Shown piece after piece: positions 60,126 through 64,000 of a DNA stretch of 64,000 nucleotides (its first letter is position 1; the number at the start of each line of letters is the position of its first letter). The stretch comes from a virus (lineage: Duplodnaviria > Caudoviricetes), in the IMG/VR virus record IMGVR_UViG_3300027818_000041, positions 301 through 64,300 of that record. One strand, 5' to 3'. The notes under the pieces were generated by a model. The model saw only the letters and a program-made list of their open reading frames with translations. It was not told the origin of the DNA and made no database searches. A program made the position numbers and the translations under genes.

Positions 60126-61110
60126 AGGACAACGTATTTTGATCACGGGTTCTACAGGATCGTGGGGGCAAGAACTAACTAAACAGCTTCTTGAGTCCTA
60201 TAATCCTAAAAAAATTATAGTGTATTCTCGTGGAGAATTGGCGCAAGTAAATATGCAGCGGAAGTTTAATGATCCTCGCTTGGAGTTTGTTATAGGAGAC
60301 GTTAGAGATTATTCTGCTGTTGAGCGAGTATTTGCTAGAGGTGTAGATTATGTCGCCCACCTGGCGGCGTTGAAACACGTTCCTGTTTGTGAAAACCAGC
60401 CACAGGAGGCAATCAAGACAAATATTGATGGTACAACCAATCTCGTAAATGCCGCGATTAAATATAAGATTAAGAAATTTCTGGATGTGAGTACTGACAA
60501 GGCTGTATCCCCCACAAATACATATGGTTTTACTAAAGCAGTAGGTGAAAAAATAGTTATACAAGCAAATAATTTAACAGATGATACCGATTTTGTTTGC
60601 ATTAGAGCTGGAAATGTGTTAGGTTCCAATGGTAGTGTAGTTCCTCTATTTATTGATCAGATAGCTCGTTATAATAAGATCACTGTAACCTGTGGTAAAA
60701 TGACTCGTTACTTTATGACTCTTCCTGAGGCTATTAGTTTAATATTCAAAGCGGCTGAACACTCTGTTGGTGGAGAAACCTTCGTAATGCATATGCCGGC
60801 TTTTCATATTCAAACTTTAGCAGAGGTTATGATCGCTCACTACGGTAATTCTCTTACTAAGATAGAAGAAATAGGAATTAGAGAAGGCGAGAAGATGGAT
60901 GAGCTTCTTATTTCAGAACACGAGGCTCCTCGTTCTGTTGTGTATGATGATGATTATTATGTTATTAAATCGGATCTTAAGATAAACAGGGATTATTCTC
61001 ATTTGGATAATAAATCTAAGGTACCTTTTACCAGTTATTCATCTTCTTATGAAATAAAAGATTTTGATTATTTGCATACTTTGTTGAAGCGTGGAGGGTT
61101 TTTGAAGTGA
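60118..61110 (+). CDS. UDP-GlcNAc 4,6-dehydratase (PseB/FnlA-like)
   Basis: ILITGSTGSWG, GDVRD, AALKHVP, TNIDGT, STDKAVSPTNTYGFTK, GNVLGSNGSVVPLF, MTRYFM, GIREGEK. Confidence 0.9.
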   Translation: MFEGQRILITGSTGSWGQELTKQLLESYNPKKIIVYSRGELAQVNMQRKFNDPRLEFVIGDVRDYSAVERVFARGVDYVAHLAALKHVPVCENQPQEAIKTNIDGTTNLVNAAIKYKIKKFLDVSTDKAVSPTNTYGFTKAVGEKIVIQANNLTDDTDFVCIRAGNVLGSNGSVVPLFIDQIARYNKITVTCGKMTRYFMTLPEAISLIFKAAEHSVGGETFVMHMPAFHIQTLAEVMIAHYGNSLTKIEEIGIREGEKMDELLISEHEAPRSVVYDDDYYVIKSDLKINRDYSHLDNKSKVPFTSYSSSYEIKDFDYLHTLLKRGGFLK

Positions 61111-61901
61111 TAATACATGTTTTAGGTAGTAACGGTATGTTGGGTAGATATGTATTTATGTATCTAAATAGTAAATTTAGTAATGTAGTAGGATATACAA
61201 GAAAGAATATAGACGCTTCAGTTACTGACGACATTCCTTTGGTTCTTTCAAAGGGGGATGTAGTGGTTAATTGTATTGGGTTGATTCCTCAGCGGGGGGT
61301 CAAAAATCCTATTAACTATATAACAATAAATGCTCTATTTCCACATCTAGTTTCTTCTATGTGTGATACAGTAGGTGCTACGTTCGTCCACATCAGCACA
61401 GACTGCGTTTTTTCAGGAACTACAGGTAGTTACACGGAGGATTCTGTACACGATGCTACAGATTTATATGGTAGAACCAAGTCTTTGGGCGAACCAGAAA
61501 ATGCTACAACTATAAGAACCTCTATTATCGGGGAAGAATTGGTAAATAAAAAATCGCTATTGGAGTGGGTTAGATCAATGGCAGGTAAAGATATAAATGG
61601 ATATACCAACCACTATTGGAATGGGGTTACCTGTCTTTGTTTAGCCAAAATTATAGCAGATACTATATCAAACAATTCATTTTGGGTTGGGGTTAAACAT
61701 ATATATTCTTCAGAAGTTGTTAGTAAGTATCTATTGGTGGGGCTAATAAGTAATATTTACGGTCTGGATATTAAAATCAATCCTGTAAAAACACCCACCA
61801 CATGTAATAAATCTCTTAAATCTGTAAGAGATGATATAATCATAGAGGTGCCTAGTCTGGGCATTCAAATAGCCGAACAAAAGGATTATAGTTTGTTGTG
61901 A
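61107..61901 (+). CDS. RmlD-like NDP-4-keto-6-deoxyhexose reductase
   Basis: VLGSNGMLG, VNCIG, HISTDCVFSG, YGRTKSLGE, IRTSIIG. Confidence 0.85.
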   Translation: MIIHVLGSNGMLGRYVFMYLNSKFSNVVGYTRKNIDASVTDDIPLVLSKGDVVVNCIGLIPQRGVKNPINYITINALFPHLVSSMCDTVGATFVHISTDCVFSGTTGSYTEDSVHDATDLYGRTKSLGEPENATTIRTSIIGEELVNKKSLLEWVRSMAGKDINGYTNHYWNGVTCLCLAKIIADTISNNSFWVGVKHIYSSEVVSKYLLVGLISNIYGLDIKINPVKTPTTCNKSLKSVRDDIIIEVPSLGIQIAEQKDYSLL

Positions 61902-61907
61902 AAGAAG

Positions 61908-61936
61908 TTGCCTTTGTTGGAATTGTATGGTATACT
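61908..61936 (+). promoter_or_regulatory. Sigma70-type promoter with extended -10, restarting transcription before the clamp loader and polymerase genes
   Basis: TTGCCT (61908-61913), 17-nt spacer ending TGG, TATACT (61931-61936); GGAGG RBS before ATG 61959. Confidence 0.65.
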
Positions 61937-61958
61937 TAATTGTATATCAGGAGGGATT

Positions 61959-62429
61959 ATGGATGATCTTAAGAGTCAGGGAATAAAGATAATTGTTTCA
62001 GAGTTTGATGGTGTTATGACTGATGGTACTTCTGCAACAGATACCATGGGATTTACAGTTATGAAGAATGTATATATGCCTGATTTTGAAGCAATTAATA
62101 GTTTGAAGAGTATGGGGTATATATTTGTATTTCTTTCTACAGATAATATGGTTACGTATAATCTTTTGAAGTCTAAGAATATTCCATTTTTCTGGGCTCA
62201 GGCAGACAAACCATCTGTTTTAGGTAAGATTCTTCAAAGGTATGAGTTTACTCCTGATCATCTTCTGTACATTGGTAGTAAGGTCTCTGATTATAGGTGT
62301 ATGACTATGGCAGTCGCCTCTGCTTGTCCAGAGGGTTCTATAAGTAAAACCACCCAGTCTACCATGATTATCCCTGCCAAGGGTGGTCAAGGGGTGATCT
62401 CCAAACTACTATCAATTCTTCAATTGTAA
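61959..62429 (+). CDS. KdsC/YrbI-like HAD protein with degenerate catalytic motifs
   Basis: IVSEFDGVMTDG and YIGSKVSD versus canonical DVDGVLTDG and GDD..D. The track TTG 61908 falls on the -35 box, so ATG 61959 is preferred. Confidence 0.7.
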   Translation: MDDLKSQGIKIIVSEFDGVMTDGTSATDTMGFTVMKNVYMPDFEAINSLKSMGYIFVFLSTDNMVTYNLLKSKNIPFFWAQADKPSVLGKILQRYEFTPDHLLYIGSKVSDYRCMTMAVASACPEGSISKTTQSTMIIPAKGGQGVISKLLSILQL

Positions 62430-62441
62430 AAAGAGATTAAC

Positions 62442-63512
62442 ATGCTTGTTCGTAGAGAATTAGAATATAGTGGTAATGATCTGATAACCATATATAGACC
62501 GCGTACGTTTGATGAGTTTATAGGAAATGCCCCGGTGGTGACTTCTTTAAAGAACTATCTTGCTGCAGGGAAATTACCACACACGTTGTTATTTTCAGGG
62601 AATTCTGGGTGTGGAAAAACAACTGCTGCCAGAATTATTGCATGTTCTTTGAATTGTTTGAATATTAAAAAAGACAATACTCCTTGTTTAGAATGTTCTG
62701 CCTGTACATCCATTATAAAGGGAAACAATTTTAACGTTGTGGAGGTTAATGCTGGGCAGGATTCTGGTAAGAATGATGTAGCAGACATAACCTCCCATCT
62801 AAGTTTGGCACCATTAAACGCCAAGTGTAGGGTTGTAATATTTGATGAAGCGCATGCACTGTCTTCTGGGGCTAAAGACGCGCTGTTGAAGGTTATGGAG
62901 GATTCATATTCACATGTGTATATAATCTTTTGTACCAATGAGCCAGAAAAATTAAGAATTAAAGGAAGGGATGATAATCCCTTTATGGACAGGTGTTCCC
63001 AGTTTAACTTTGGGCGTATAGACTATGATTCTATAAAAGGATTAATTGAGAACATAATCTATTTTGAAGGACAAGAGCCTGTAGAGGAGATTGTTTCGTT
63101 CCTTGCAAATAAAGCGAATGGTATCCCCAGAAAAGCAATAAAAGATTTGGACAAAGTTCTTGTAGAGGCATCCTGGAATATTATAAACGTTAAGCAGCTT
63201 TTTGACGAAGATACATCAGAAGATGACCCAAGGGTTATTAGTTTGTGCAAGAGCATCTTGCACGAAAAACTAAGTGATTCTTTAGACCAATTAACTGTGT
63301 GCTTAAAGTACCACCCTCCGGAATCAATAAGGTTGGCAATTACCGGCTATTTAGTTGGCTGTTTGAAACGGGTCAAGGAGGTTAATAACCGTAACTCGCG
63401 GTATATTTCGACTGGTATTTCTATTTTTTCAGAACCTTTGATGTTTGATTACAAAACATCACAACATAAATTATATAATATGATTTTTAGAACCTTAGAT
63501 TATAAAGGATAA
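62442..63512 (+). CDS. dnaX: DNA polymerase III gamma/tau-like clamp loader ATPase
   Basis: YRPRTFDEFIGN, GNSGCGKTTAARI, PCLECSAC zinc site, IFDEAHALS...ALLK..E, CTNEP, DRC sensor. Confidence 0.85.
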   Translation: MLVRRELEYSGNDLITIYRPRTFDEFIGNAPVVTSLKNYLAAGKLPHTLLFSGNSGCGKTTAARIIACSLNCLNIKKDNTPCLECSACTSIIKGNNFNVVEVNAGQDSGKNDVADITSHLSLAPLNAKCRVVIFDEAHALSSGAKDALLKVMEDSYSHVYIIFCTNEPEKLRIKGRDDNPFMDRCSQFNFGRIDYDSIKGLIENIIYFEGQEPVEEIVSFLANKANGIPRKAIKDLDKVLVEASWNIINVKQLFDEDTSEDDPRVISLCKSILHEKLSDSLDQLTVCLKYHPPESIRLAITGYLVGCLKRVKEVNNRNSRYISTGISIFSEPLMFDYKTSQHKLYNMIFRTLDYKG

Positions 63513-63514
63513 TA

Positions 63515-64000
63515 ATGGATTTGCCTAAGATTCCTGTACCACAGTATAAATATATCACAAAAGAAGAGGATGCTCGTGCGGCTCTATCCGTTATAGATCG
63601 TTATCCCCAGTTTGAGTTTGACACTGAGGGTACTTCTTTAGATGCATATTCCTGTCGTACTACGTTGTTTCAAATAGGGACTGGGGATGATGTATTTGTA
63701 TTCGATGTACGTCATGATTTGCCCGACGTGTCGATACACGGATCTTTATTTAAACCCATACTTACCGATGTAAATAAGTTAAAGATTCTTCAGAATGCAG
63801 AGTACGACATGAAGGTTCTAAAAGTTCAGTATGGTTTTTATATACAAGGTGTATATGATACTTTTATAGCGGAAAAGCTTCTAACTTTAGGTAAGTTTAC
63901 TAAAGCAAGCTTACAGGCTTTAGTAAAAAGATATCTTGGTATGGATATACCTAAGGAAGCAAGAGCTACCTTTACTAACTATTATCAGAAATTTGATAGT
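63515..64000 (+). CDS. polA: N-terminal DEDD 3'-5' exonuclease domain of a family A DNA polymerase (truncated by the window end; not in the ORF track)
   Basis: Manual translation from ATG 63515: MDLPKIP...FEFDTEGT (ExoI)...LFQIG...ILQNAEYDMKVL (ExoII)...VYDTFIAE...SLQALVKRYLG; open to 64000. The polymerase domain is not visible, so polA is inferred. Confidence 0.7.
   Translation, partial: MDLPKIPVPQYKYITKEEDARAALSVIDRYPQFEFDTEGTSLDAYSCRTTLFQIGTGDDVFVFDVRHDLPDVSIHGSLFKPILTDVNKLKILQNAEYDMKVLKVQYGFYIQGVYDTFIAEKLLTLGKFTKASLQALVKRYLGMDIPKEARATFTNYYQKFDS

Noticed and set aside
43512-62429. Bacterial chromosomal O-antigen or capsule locus
   Set aside because: No export or membrane genes; flanked by divergent phage-like replication genes and a virion-like block rather than housekeeping synteny.
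5661-63256. Many short minus-strand and alternate-frame ORFs in the track
   Set aside because: All lie within longer, motif-bearing + strand genes, lack RBS or recognisable motifs, and look like shadow ORFs.
1-64000. Stop-codon reassignment, as in some large phages
   Set aside because: Very long ORFs and conserved enzymes are intact under the standard code; TAA, TAG and TGA all end genes followed by an RBS and new start.
1-64000. Eukaryotic giant virus or archaeal virus origin
   Set aside because: Shine-Dalgarno sites, sigma70-like promoters, operonic overlaps and a DnaB/DnaG/DnaN/DnaX replisome indicate a bacterial host.
1-64000. tRNA, rRNA or structured ncRNA genes
   Set aside because: Intergenic gaps are nearly all under 60 nt, and the two larger gaps show no cloverleaf or known RNA motif.

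Overview
All credible genes in this AT-rich window lie on the + strand, tightly packed, with bacterial Shine-Dalgarno sites and sigma70-type promoters. The content best fits a segment of a large tailed bacteriophage genome. This is an inference: no capsid, terminase or portal gene is in the window. There are three blocks. (1) 1-34,021: putative virion/tail genes encoding very large Ser/Thr/Gly/Cys-rich proteins with Ig-like, discoidin-like, LamG, DUF2341-like and beta-helix modules, interrupted by one Hef-like homing endonuclease gene. (2) 34,078-43,522 and 62,442-64,000: a bacterial-type replication/recombination module (beta clamp, RecA, DnaB, DnaG, SSB, DnaJ, RuvC-like, PD-(D/E)XK exonuclease, DnaX-like clamp loader, start of a PolA-type exonuclease/polymerase). 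(3) 43,512-62,429: a 22-gene glycan island inside the replication module, with about 7 soluble glycosyltransferases, nucleotide-sugar enzymes and methyltransferases but no flippase, polymerase or evident membrane protein. The leading hypothesis is a phage-encoded virion glycosylation system: a T-x-S-G motif occurs about 30 times (manual count) in the putative virion proteins and was not found in the replication or glycan proteins. Active-site residues suggest unusual sugar pathways, including a His-for-Lys ColD-type PLP enzyme with Gmd and an Fcl/GME-like reductase lacking the catalytic Cys. The tail proteins also show LamG cassettes nested inside other domains. All family calls are by motif recognition only; no database search was run.
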